NCBI RefSeq assembly: GCF_046119375.1
Contig: NW_027362767.1
Location: forward strand, 434,124,001 to 434,188,000
DNA from: Phyllobates terribilis
Lineage: Eukaryota
Length of the DNA stretch: 64,000 nt
Direction of reading: 5' to 3'
Part shown: positions 25,157-36,310 of the stretch, piece by piece
Layout: each line of letters starts with the position of its first letter
Numbering within the stretch: the first letter of the stretch is position 1
Translations under genes and position numbers: made by a program
The notes under the pieces: model-generated
What the model saw: only the letters and a program-made list of their open reading frames with translations
The model's database searches: none
Told to the model about the DNA's origin: nothing

Positions 25157-27446
25157 CTAGATGGTGGCCCGATTCTAACGCATCGGGTATTCTAGAATAG
25201 GTATGCGGCCGACCGGGCGCAAGCAGCAGAGCGGTGTTTACGTTTGGCGCCAAAATCGCTGCTTGGTCGAGGCCGGCAACTGCGACTAATCAGCAAAGCG
25301 GTGTGAAAATTTGGCGCCTATATCGCAGATTGGTCACGGCCGGCGGTCGCGACTAATCAGAGCGGGGTTTAAATTAGGCGCCAATAATGCTGATTGGTCA
25401 CGGCCAGCGAACGCGACCCATCAGCAGAGCGGTATTTAAATTTGGCGCCAATAATGGTGATTGGTCACGGCTGCGACTAATCAGCAGAGCGGGGTTTAAA
25501 TTTGTCGCCAATAATGCTGGTTATTCGTAACCGCGACCAATCAGCGAAGCGGTGTTTAAATTTGGCGCCAATATCGCTGATTGGTCACGCCCGGCGGTCG
25601 CGACCAATCAGCAGAGCGTTGTTTAAATTTTGCGCCAAAATCGCTGATTGGTCGCGGTGGCCGGCCCCGACCAATCAGCAGAGCGGGGTTTAAATTTGCC
25701 GCCCATATCGATGATTGGTCGGGGCCGGTGGCCGCAACCAATCAGCGTCGTATTAGTGAGGACCGGAGAGCGGCGCTGCCTGTGCTGGTACTTCTGCTGC
25801 GAGCAGCTGGGAGATGAGCGGCTGCTCGCAGCAGAAGCATCCCGACCGGCGGCGCCGCTCCTCGGTCCTCCGTTCACACTTGCCGTCAAAAGATCATAGC
25901 GCTGTTTAAATTAGGCGCCAATCTCACTGCTTGGTCGCGGTCGGCTGGCATCCGCGACCAGTCAGCACAGCAATGTTTAAATGTGGCGGCAAGATCGGTG
26001 ATTGGTCGCGGCCGCTATTTAAATGTGGCGCCCAAGTCGGTGATTGGTCGCGGGCGGAGAGCGCGACCAATCAGCGAATCGTGTTGGTGAGGCCCGGGGA
26101 GTGGAATCGTATTGGTGAGGACCGGGGAGCGCCGCTCCCTGTGCGGCTACTTCCGCTGCGAGAAGCCGGGACATGAGCAGGCACTCGCAGCAGAAGTATC
26201 CCGACCCGCAGCGCCGCTCCCTGGTCCTCCCTTGACACCCTAGCCGCTGATGTCCCCACAGTATCCGCATGGTGTTACAAAGGTCCGGACATTTGTGTTA
26301 AAAATCGTTGATTGGTCACTGGCGCTGCCCGTGACCAATCACCGATTTGGCCGCCACATTTAAATATCGGCCGCGACCAATCAGTACAGCGGTGTTTAAA
26401 TGTGGAGCCAAGATCGGTGATTGGTCGCGGCCGATATTTAAATGTGGCGGCCAAATCGGTGATTGGTCACGGGCAGCGCCAGTGACCAATCAACGATTTT
26501 TAACACAAATGTCCGGACCTTTGTAACACCATGCGGATACTGTGGGGACATCAGCGGCTAGTGTGTCAAGGGAGGACCGGGGAGCGGCGCTGCGGGTCGG
26601 GATACTCCTGTTGCGAGCGCCCGCTCATGTCCCGGCTTCTCGCAGCGGAAGTATCCGCACAGGCAGCGCCGCTGACATCCATGCGCCTAGGGTGTGAAGG
26701 GAGGAGCGGGGAGTGGCGCTGACATCCAATTGGTCGCGGCCGCTATTTAAATGTGGCGCCAAAATCGGTGATTGGTCGCGCCCGGCGTCGGCGACCAATC
26801 AGCACAGCGGTGTTTAAATGTGGAGCCAAGATCGGTGATTGGTCGCGGCCGATATTTAAATGTGGCGCCCAAATCGGTGATTGGTCGCGGGCAGCGTCCG
26901 CGACCAATCAGCACAGAGGTGTTTAACTTTTGCGGTAAGATCAGTGATTGGTCGGGTCCGAAGACCGCGACCAATCATCGAATCGTCTTGGTGAGGACCG
27001 GGGAGCGGTGCTGCCTGTGCTGGTACTTCCGCTGCGAGAACCCTGGACATGAGCGGGCGCTCGCAGCAGAAGTATCCCGACCCGCAGCGCCGCTCCCCGG
27101 TCCTCCCTTCCGCATGGAGGTCAGCGGCGTCGGCGGTCCTTCCGCTGCTACCGGCCGGGAGATGAGCGCCTCGCGCCGCTCATCTACCGGCTGCATCTCC
27201 TTCCCGCAGATGGGTCCGGCGGTCGAGGTCCTTCTGCTGGTACCGGCCGGGAGATGAGCGCCTCGCGCCGGTCATCTCCTGGCTGCATCGCCGCTGAGCT
27301 CCGTCCCGCAGATGAGCCGATAACGGCCGCCATCTTTTTTCAGAAATCCCACGGCACTGATTGGTCCGGCAGCGGCCAATGAGCGACGCGGGATTTCCAG
27401 GACAGACAGACGGGATAAGACGATTATATATATATAGATAGATAGA
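25157..27446 (-). mobile_element. Non-autonomous Helitron-like element in POLR1G intron 2
   Basis: On the minus strand the 3' end is a hairpin CCCGAT-N8-ATCGGG followed 7 nt later by CTAG|T (25157-25160). The 5' end is A|TCTATATATATAAT type; its exact position is 27438-27446, ambiguous because of GATA repeats. No Rep/helicase ORF. Confidence 0.7.
26138..26663. repeat. Long inverted repeat: 143-bp perfect arms with a 34-bp spacer, extending imperfectly to ~245 bp
   Basis: 26241-26383 is the exact reverse complement of 26418-26560. Pairing continues with scattered mismatches out to 26138/26663. Confidence 0.95.
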
Positions 27447-28768
27447 TGCTGTGGGGTGCTTTGGCTGTTGGCTTTCCTGGTGTGTGTGTGTGTGTGTGTG
27501 GCGGGGGTTGGGCAGGTCGGGCCGACTCTGGGCCCTTGGCTCCCCGGGCATGTCGGGCCGACTCTGGGCCCCAGCCTTAACTCTGTAGGAAAGGCTCTGA
27601 GATTTTGAGGTGTCTGTGAACTTGTCAAGACTAAGACAGTTATCTCGAAATGCTTAGACCCGGTGTTTCATCTTTTGTATGTATTTTAATCTCTCCTTTG
27701 GATTTTTACGTACTATAATAAATGTGATGTTTTAATTTACTAATTTTTGTGGCTGCTGGCATTTTTTCTCCTTTTTCGTGCTTCATGCACCGCGCCCTAC
27801 TCTGAGAGAGTTTTCTACCCGATGAGCTGATGCTTGTTTTTCTTTCTACACTTATGTGGTTGGTTCTGAAGTTGAGTAAGAAGCTGTGCTGCAGTAGTCT
27901 CAGAAGAAATATCTGCACTCACTTTGCCTACCAAATCATAACTGTGTGCAATGCACAGACTGTCAGGATTCCCTTTGACCACCGGCACGAGGAATACGTC
28001 AATTGACCACATCTGTGATTTTCTTCCTTGACTGCGCTGGATTTTAGGTGCTTGTGTGTAATGGATGTGACTAAAAGTCATGAACCAAGTAATGAAAAAG
28101 TGGGTTCATACTGTATTTATCTGTACAGACATATAATGGGGGTTGTAGTGAACTTAGAGCAGTTTATTCATCAGTGACAAGTGTGGAGCAATACGCAGGT
28201 CTTGTATCTGCGTTACTGCCCTGCATAGATTATGTCCACGGCGCCTCCTGCAGGCTCAGACATGTATCCTAACACATGAGCACTGGATGAGGCCTCAATG
28301 TCGTCTACAGCAGCTTCATTTACCACTACAGCCTGTACTATACTCCAGAGCTGCACTCACTATTCTGCTAGTTTTCAGGTTGATCTACCAGTTAGGTCTG
28401 ATCCTCCCAGAGCCACCTTGTTTATGTCGCCTTGTTCTTTTCTCCGGGGGTCTCTTCCTGTATCACGGCCCGGGGTTCCTTTGCACATAGGCCCAGTTTG
28501 GTTCTTAGACTCCATTGTGCAGTCGTTTTGGCGTCACTATGCAGTGACTGTAGCTTTATACTGATATCTACAGAGCTGCTTCACATCCAATAAAAACTAA
28601 CTTTGGATTTCCAAAAAGGAAATACAAATCCAGAGCTCGATCAGAAGAAAGCCCTTAGAGTAACCCCCTGTGCCCTGCGGGTGGCGCTGTGTTATCACAG
28701 ATATATTGGCCGTGGGGATGTGAGTACTTTACTGTAGGGAGTAACGTCATCTCTCTTCTTGTCATCAG

Positions 28769-29171
28769 CTTTAACGCTCATCGTTTCCCGTTATCTGGCT
28801 ACAAGATGCAGAGGATCAAAGATGGCGGGGTGAAGAAGTATTACCACATGGTGTCCACGCCCGGCGCGACGCTGCCCCTCTGCGCCTTCCTGCAGCCTTC
28901 TGGGCTCCCGGAGGACGAGCTCCAGGCAGCTTCTACATTACAAGGTGTCATCACTCTGTCAGAGGCCCACGGAGACCACACAGCCCTGCGCAGTGTTCCT
29001 GACCGCCCGCCATTATCCCTCCCACAGGGACTGAAGCAGCGTTTTTGTCCATTTGGTGCTATTGCCCCTAATGTTAGTGAGGTGAGTAGAAAAGGCTCGC
29101 AGTTATCAGGAAGCCCCAAGAAAAAGAAAAAAGCAAAGAAACGGAAGCAGGAGGAAATGCTGGACGCCTGA
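28769..29171 (+). CDS. POLR1G: POLR1G coding exon 3 (terminal)
   Basis: TCTCTTCTTGTCATCAG acceptor; AG|C joins phase 2. Encodes SFNAHRFPLSG...LPQGLKQRFCPFGA...PKKKKKAKKRKQEEMLDA*, matching the recalled human FNGRHVPLSG...IPPGLRPRFCAFGG and a Lys-rich tail. Confidence 0.9.
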
Positions 29172-29225
29172 ACTCTGGACTTGGATTTTGGGATTTTTTT
29201 TTGCTGTATGGGGCCGTCCGAATCA

Positions 29226-29231
29226 AATAAA
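29226..29231 (+). terminator. Polyadenylation signal of POLR1G
   Basis: AATAAA 54 nt after the stop codon. Further AATAAA copies occur near 29366 and 29421. Confidence 0.55.
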
Positions 29232-29493
29232 AGCCTATGTGCGGTGCAGCTTGTGTTACCATCACGGGCCAATAGGTGTCGACAGTGTCCTTTTTAGATT
29301 TAAAGGGGTCACATGGAGGCAAAGAACCAATCAGACAACTGTTAGATAAATTCACATTCTGATGAAATAAAACAGATACAGATTGTAACCATCACGTTCT
29401 CACATCCCAGACAAGCCGTCAATAAAAATAAGTCTTATATGCTATAAAAATGGAAATGTACAAAGGTAAGAGGGGAGGGTGTGTCCACTGCAG

Positions 29494-30060
29494 TCATACT
29501 GCGCCCCCCGTACCACAGGCAGATGGTGCTGCCTCTGATGATGTCACCGCTTGCTCAGGTGATGTCACTTCCTCTTCTTCGTCTGTTATTTCTGCGGAGA
29601 CAGAGTCGTCGTCTTTGGTCGCAGTGGAAGACTCAGTCGTGTTCATCGCTTCTTCTGTTGTTCCCGAGTCGGGTGCAGCGGGTGGAATTTTTCTGTACCC
29701 TCCGCTCCTCTCCATGGCCCTCCGAAGCCGTTCCCACCCCCCTTCCTCACCCTGCAGCGCTCTCTCATAGAGTCTAGTATGAGCCTTCAGTTCTCGAATT
29801 GATCGCTGAGTCTCTCGTGTCCGACGTAGCAAGGCCAGAGAGCGCAGCGAGACCTCCAGGAGCTGCGGTGCCGCCTGCCTGCACACTTTGGGTTCAGGAG
29901 GAGCCGGATCTGTGTCTTTGGGAGGGTCGGAGGCCGAACTTGAAGGAGGAGGAACACGTGGTGCAATCTTAGGATAAGAGCGCAGGATGGGCAGGTAGGA
30001 GGAAGGGGAAGCTCTTTTACGATGGCGTCGGACAGGAGGCTGGAGAAGCACAAGGCGAGG
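29494..30060 (-). CDS. CIPC-family (CLOCK-interacting pacemaker-like) terminal coding exon
   Basis: Acceptor TTTCTCCTTCTAG at 30061-30062, phase 0. Encodes PRLVLLQPPV...SYLPILRSYPKIAP...LLEVSLRSLALLRRTRETQRSIRELKAHTRLY...GWERLRRAM, matching CIPC NYLPILNSYTKIAP and its C-terminal coiled coil. Symbol withheld because orthology versus paralogy is unresolved. Confidence 0.88.
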   Translation of the reverse strand, partial: PRLVLLQPPVRRHRKRASPSSYLPILRSYPKIAPRVPPPSSSASDPPKDTDPAPPEPKVCRQAAPQLLEVSLRSLALLRRTRETQRSIRELKAHTRLYERALQGEEGGWERLRRAMERSGGYRKIPPAAPDSGTTEEAMNTTESSTATKDDDSVSAEITDEEEEVTSPEQAVTSSEAAPSACGTGGAV

Positions 30061-30680
30061 CTAGAAGGAGAAATAGAGAAATGTTACCGGACTTAACCTG
30101 AGGAGCAGATTCACCACCAGGGCGGCAGCAGTGGGGCAACTAGATGATCGGCGTTCCTCAGTGTGATGTGGGCAGAGAATGGGGTTGGACTACAAGAAAC
30201 GTAGTGTCAGAATGGAGCTGTCAGATTCGTGCATGGAAGCTGCAGCTGATGAAAGAAGACCCCTGAAGGGGTTACAGGGGAGAGGGGCTTATAGCAGAGA
30301 CTGCAGGGAGGTGGCACCGCTGGTCTGGGCAGCACTTCAGTATAGGATTGGGCCGCGGCAGTCAGGCTTATCCGCATGTCATAATAGAAACTACTACGTG
30401 GCGTCGGCTCCATCACACAGACGCCTCCCCGACCTCGCAGACTTGTCGATGGTCTGTTGGGTCCTGGGGAGGCGTCTTAATAGTAATGTGCACTGAGCCT
30501 TATCTGGACGGGAAGTTCTTGGGGTTCTCCAGGATTAGAAGGAAGAATCGTTCTCCAGCCATGCGCCTGAATAGAAACTAAGTAGTAGTTCCAGACACGA
30601 CCATATCTGCAGGAGATAGGTGCTTGTACTGGAGAGAATCCTCCCTTTCATCCTGGAGAACCTCCTTTTAAAGAGTAACT

Positions 30681-30712
<32 letters not shown>

Positions 30713-31180
30713 ATTAATTATTGATCGGCCTTTGTAAAGTTATGAATCTTTGTAATATACGCCCTTTTTTTTTTTTTTTTCTTCGTCCTCTCACGTGTCG
30801 TTATAACCTCCTAGTTCATGCTCCTTTAGAAGCTGCTTTGAACTGCTCCTCCAGCAAGAATCCCTGGTCAACCTTCCCCTATCTGAGCACGGGGGAGGGG
30901 GGCATAGAAGCTGTAAATAGTGTTTGACTACGAGTCTTGCTGGAGCAGCAGCTCAATGTGGCTTCTAAAGGAACACAAACTAGCAGGTTATAACAGCAGT
31001 GTCCACACGTCACGTGGGAGAGAAAGAAGTAAAATAAGGTAATAGTGAATACTACAAAGATTTGTAACTTTATAAAGGACGATCAATGATTAATACGACG
31101 TTTAGATAATTGTAGAATGAACCGTTTTATCAAACACATTTGTTTCTTATTTTTTTTGTTGCTTCTGGTCTTTTTCTCAC

Positions 31181-31320
31181 CTGTTTGAGGATGACATTCT
31201 GTAGGATATATATAGGAGTATACGCCGCCTGTGTCTGCCGTGTGTCCGGGGTGGCGGCCGTCACGCTGGCGCTCGTTGATGGCGGCGATTCCTCTGAGCT
31301 GAGGCTTTCCGAGCTGCTGT
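31181..31320 (-). CDS. CIPC-family internal coding exon (140 nt)
   Basis: CTCTCTTCACAG acceptor and CAG|GTGAGA donor. Encodes (D)SSSESLSSEE...YTPIYILQNVILKQ, like CIPC DGSSECLSS...SPMVVMKNVLVKQ. Phases 1 and 0 fit both neighbouring exons. Confidence 0.88.
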
Positions 31321-32201
31321 CTGTGAAGAGAGCGTCAGTCAGTCCCTGGCGAGGCAGCGGACCGGCTCCATCCTCCCGACACAACTCTGTACAGAGGCGG
31401 GACATTGTGTGGGCGGAGCATTGTCTGCGCCCCAGGGTGGGTGGGGTCACCTGTAGATTGGCAGCGGGCTCTGATGATGACCCTCCCCCCCGTGACAGCA
31501 GAGATTTCGTCTGCAGGGATCCTGCCACCGCCAGATTTATCAGAAAGGTCGTTGTTGCCCATGGCAACCAATTACTGCGCAGCTTTCATTTTACCACAGC
31601 ATTAAGAAATGAAAGCTGCGCTCCGGTTGCTATGGGTAACAAAGGCAGATCATAAATGACCGGAAAATTCCATGAATTGGTAACTCTCACAAGGGGAGAA
31701 TACGCAGACGCTGAGAGCAGACAGTTTATGGATGACATTCCTGTCGGGGGGGTCAGGTAATGTGTGCTGTGCGGACCCTGAAGACGGTGGTAACCTGACT
31801 GATCATCTGGCCATAGCAACCAATCAGAAGACAGCTTACATTGTCCCAGAGCAGTAGATGAGGTGAGAGCTGTGCTCTGATTGGTTGCTGTGCAGGTGGA
31901 TTAGTCCATGTTTGCATCAGAGGTGTCTGAGGGACCAGTGTCGTCCACAAGGTCCTGTCAGGGAAGTTAATGGCTCTACAGCTGTATTCACATTAGGTTT
32001 GTTCTCCACGGCCAAAAAGTAGCCGGCACGGAGCCATTGGGCACAATGAGGTAACGTCTGCGGATGTGGCCGTCGTTGGTTGGGGGGATTCATGTGCGTT
32101 AACACCGAACTGAAAATGTAAACACAGCCGTGCACAGAGGAGATACTGAGGGTTGTAGTACGCAGGAGCGGAGGAACATGTAGTACATAAATGGCGCTTA
32201 C

Positions 32202-32328
32202 CGGAGTACCCAGAGTCCTTTTCGGTCTCGCTCGCTGACTGCTCCTTTGTGACCGGTGTCATCTCGGCCTCTGCACTTTTTTCTTCCCCGGGATTGGGAG
32301 GTCCGGTGTCTGGCAGAGGAGACTTCAT
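32202..32328 (-). CDS. CIPC-family first coding exon
   Basis: Acceptor TCTCTTCTCCGCTCCCCATCTGCAG|A then ATG at 32328. Encodes MKSPLPD...SETEKDSGYS G|GTAAGC, matching CIPC ESDKDSGFSD. An alternative in-frame ATG lies at 32406. Confidence 0.8.
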
Positions 32329-32600
32329 TCTGCAGATGGGGAGCGGAGAAGAGACTGCGTCAGTGTTGGAGAAGACGGCCCCAAGATCCGACCGAGCAGC
32401 GGCCATCGCACAGGTGACACATTCACATGGGGGAGCAGGGGGTCCAGACCCTCATACCCCAGTACCCTGCTCCATCCTCTATCAGCGGGAGCCCACCGGC
32501 CATGTCTAGGGGGCCTGACTGCAATCTGTGCTGAGGGGGGCGCTGCAGAGACTCTGAACACATGCACCATGCCAGAGATAAACGCCAATCGCTGGTCAGT

Positions 32601-34314
32601 GTGTGTATAATACAGAGTATAGTGCGGTATATAGCGACAACGCTCTCGTGTATAGTGCGGTATATAGGGCAGCGCTCCCGTGTATAGTGCGGTATATAGG
32701 GCAGCACTCTCATGTATAGTGCGGTATATAGCGGCAGCGCTCTTGTGTATAGTGCGGAATATAGCGGCAGCGCTCTCGTGTATAGTGCGGTATATAGGGC
32801 AGCGCTCCCGTGTATAGTGCGGTATATAGCGGCAGCGCTCCCGTGTATAGTGCGGTATATAGCGGCAGCGCTCTCGTGTATACTGCGGTATATAGGGCAG
32901 CGCTCTCGTGTATAGTGCGGTATATAGGGCAGCACTCTCATGTATAGTGCGGTATATAGCGGCAGCGCTCTTGTGTATAGTGTGGAATATAGCGGCAGCG
33001 CTCTCGTGTATAGTGCGGTATATAGGGCAGCGCTCCCGTGTATAGTGCGGTATATAGCGGCAGCGCTCCCGTGTATAGTGCGGTATATAGGGCAGCGCTC
33101 CCGTGTATAGTGCGGTATATAGCGGCAGCGCTCTCGAATATACTGCGGTATATAGGGCAGCGCTCTCGTGTATAGTGCGGTATATAGCAGCAGCGTTCTC
33201 GTGTATACTGCGGTATATAGGGCAGCACTCTCATGTATAGTGCGGTATATAGCGGCAGCTCTCTCGTGTATAGTGCGGTATATAGCGGCAGCGCTCTCGT
33301 GTATACTGCGGAATATAGGGCAGCGCTCTCGTGTATAGTGCGGTATATAGCAGCAGCGTTCTCGTGTATACTGCGGTATATAGGGCAGCACTCTCATGTA
33401 TAGTGCGGTACATAGCGGCAGCGCTCTCGTGTATAGTGCGGTATATAGAGGCAGCGCTCTCGTGTATAGTGCGGTATATAGCGGCAGCGCTCTCGTGTAT
33501 ACTGCGGTATATAGGGCAGCGCTCTCGTGTATAGTGCGGTATATAGCAGCAGCGTTCTCGTGTATACTGCGGTATATAGGGCAGCACTCTCATGTATAGT
33601 GCGGTACATAGCGGCAGCGCTCTCGTGTATAGTGCGGTATATAGCGGCAGCGCTCTTGTGTATAGTGCGGTATATAGCGGCAGCGCTCTTGTGTATAGTG
33701 CGGTATATAGCGGCAGCGCTCTCGTGTATAGTGCGGTATATAGCGGCAGCGCTCTCGTGTATAGTGCGGTATATAGCGGCAGCGCTCTCGTGTATAGTGC
33801 GGTATATAGCGGCAGCGTTCTCGTGTATAGTGCGGTATATAGCGGCAGCGCTCTCGTGTATAGTGCGGTATATAGCGGCAGCGCTCTCGTGTATAGTGCG
33901 GTATATAGCGGCAGCGCTCTAGTGTATAGTGTGGTATATAGGGCAGCACTCTTGTGTATAGCACAGTGTATAGCGGCAGCGTTCTCGTGTATAGTGCGGT
34001 ATATAGGGCAGTGCTCTCGTGTATAGTGCGGTATATAGCAGCAGCGTTCTCGTGTATACTGCGGTATATAGGGCAGCACTCTCATGTATAGTGCGGTATA
34101 TAGGGCAGCACTCTCATGTATAGTGCGGTATATAGGGCAGCGCTCTTGTGTATAGTGCGGTATATAGCGGTAGCGCTCTCGTGTATAGTGCGGTATATAG
34201 CGGCAGCACTCTCATGTATAGTGCGGTATATAGCGGCAGCGCTCTAGTGTATAGTGTGGTATATAGGGCAGCGCTCTTGTGTATAGTGCGGTGAATATAC
34301 ACCCCATACTGTAC

Positions 34315-34364
<50 letters not shown>

Positions 34365-35150
34365 TACATACACACACACACGCTGCCCTATATACCGCAC
34401 TATACACGAGAGTGCTGCCCTATATACCGCACTATACACGAGAGTGCTGCCCTATATACCGCACTATACACGAGAGCGCTGCCGCTATATACCGCACTAT
34501 ACACGAGAGCGCTGCCGCTATATACCGCACTATATACGAGAGCGCTGCCGCTATATACCGCACTATACACGAGAGTGCTGCCCTATATACCGCACTATAC
34601 ACGAGAGCGCTGCCGCTATATACCGCACTATACATGAGAGCGCTGCCCTATATACCGCACTATACACGAGAGCGCTGCCGCTATATGCCGCACTATACAT
34701 GAGAGCGCTGCCGCTATATACCGCACTATACATGAGAGCGCTGCCCTATATACCGCACTATACACGAGAGCGCTGCCCTATATACCGCACTATACACGAG
34801 AGCGCTGCCGCTATATACCGCACTATACACGAGAGCGCTGCTGCTATATACCGCACTATACACGAGAGCGCTGCTGCTATATACCGCACTATACATGAGA
34901 GCGCTGCCCTATATACCGCACTATACACGAGAGCGCTGCCCTATATACCGCACTATACACGAGAGCGCTGCCGCTATATACCGCACTATACACGAGAGCG
35001 CTGCCGCTATATACCGCACTATACACGAGAGCGCTGCTGCTATATACCGGTATATAGCGGCAGAGCTCTCGTGTATAGTGCGGTATATAGGGCAGCGTTC
35101 GTGTGTGTGCATATATATATATAATGTACAGTATGGGGTGAATATTCACC
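32601..35150. repeat. 31/33-bp minisatellite (GTGTATAGTGCGGTATATAGCGGCAGCGCTCTC) with an internal inverted segment and (TA)n
   Basis: Forward units to ~34292, (TA)n at ~34316-34358, reverse-complement units 34381-35048, forward units again 35049-35100. Confidence 0.95.
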
Positions 35151-35708
35151 AGTGGAGGCGGTCACTCTGGCAGTCGCCTGTGTACAGTGTAGAGGCTTCG
35201 CCCACAGATGTACAGTACACAGGGTTCGGCGTCCCTCGGATGTTGTGACTCACGCTGTACTGTACGCTCTGTGCCGGCTCCTCCCGTACACTCAGCACAC
35301 GTGTGGAACAGCGTGTTTACAGCTGACACTCACCCTGTCCTGCCATCCCCGTATGACTGCAAGTACATGAGCCTCTCGCCACCTGTCTCTGACCACAGAG
35401 CTGTCAGACGCCACATTAATCTGGACTGGTCCACAGGGGAACAGGGGAGTCCCCCGGTGGGCTGCTGTGGGGGGCTCTGCACCCCCTATATATAAGCAGT
35501 AGTTGGCACCAAACACCTGAATGTACAGACAGGAGCAACTCCTCCTCCTCATCCATCCAACAACACCCCCAGGCTATTATACAGAGGCCGAGGGGACATC
35601 TGCAAGAGGCCAAATAGTGGACCCCAGAGCCAATGTCACAGGTGGGCCCTTGACAGCCCAACCCAACACAGAGTTCATCAGACCTTGTGCCCGTGTCTCT
35701 GACCATCC

Positions 35709-36310
35709 ACCTGTGCCTCTGTCCCCCTACCTGTGCCTCTGTCCTCCTACCTGTGCCTCTGTCCTCCTACCTGTGCCTCTGTCCCCCTACCTGTGCCTCT
35801 GTCCCCCTACCTGTGCCTCTGTCCTCCTACCTGTGCCTCTGTCCTCCTACCTGTGCCTCTGTCCTCCTACCTGTGCCTCTGTCCCCCTACCTGTGCCTCT
35901 GACCACCCAGCTGTGCCTCTGTCCCCCTACCTGTGCCTCTGACATTCCACCCATGTCTCTGTCCTCCTACCTGTGCCTCTGTCCTCCTACCTGTGCCTCT
36001 GTCCCCCTACCTGTGCCTCTGACCACCCAGCTGTGCCTCTGTCCTCCTACCTGTGCCTCTGTCCCCCTACCTGTGCCTCTGACCACCCAGCTGTGCCTCT
36101 GTCCTCCTACCTGTGCCTCTGTCCCCCTACCTGTGCCTCTGACCACCCAGCTGTGCCTCTGTCCTCCTACCTGTGCCTCTGTCCCCCTACCTGTGCCTCT
36201 GACCACCCAGCTGTGCCTCTGTCCCCCTACCTGTGCCTCTGACATTCCACCCATGTCTCTGTCCCCCTACCTGTGCCTCTGTACCCCTGCCTGTGCCTCT
36301 GACCACCCAG
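35709..36310. repeat. 20-bp minisatellite (ACCTGTGCCTCTGTCC(C/T)CCT)
   Basis: About 30 tandem units, with GACCACCCAG and GACATTCCAC variants. Confidence 0.95.

Noticed and set aside
28689-28768. N-terminal part of the 160-aa ORF as coding sequence
   Set aside because: It is intronic read-through upstream of the acceptor at 28767-28768. Homology starts at SFNAHRF.
35485-35700. TATATATAAG followed by an ATG-initiated ORF (35521)
   Set aside because: No recognisable product, and the ORF runs straight into the 20-bp repeat. Evidence is insufficient for a gene.
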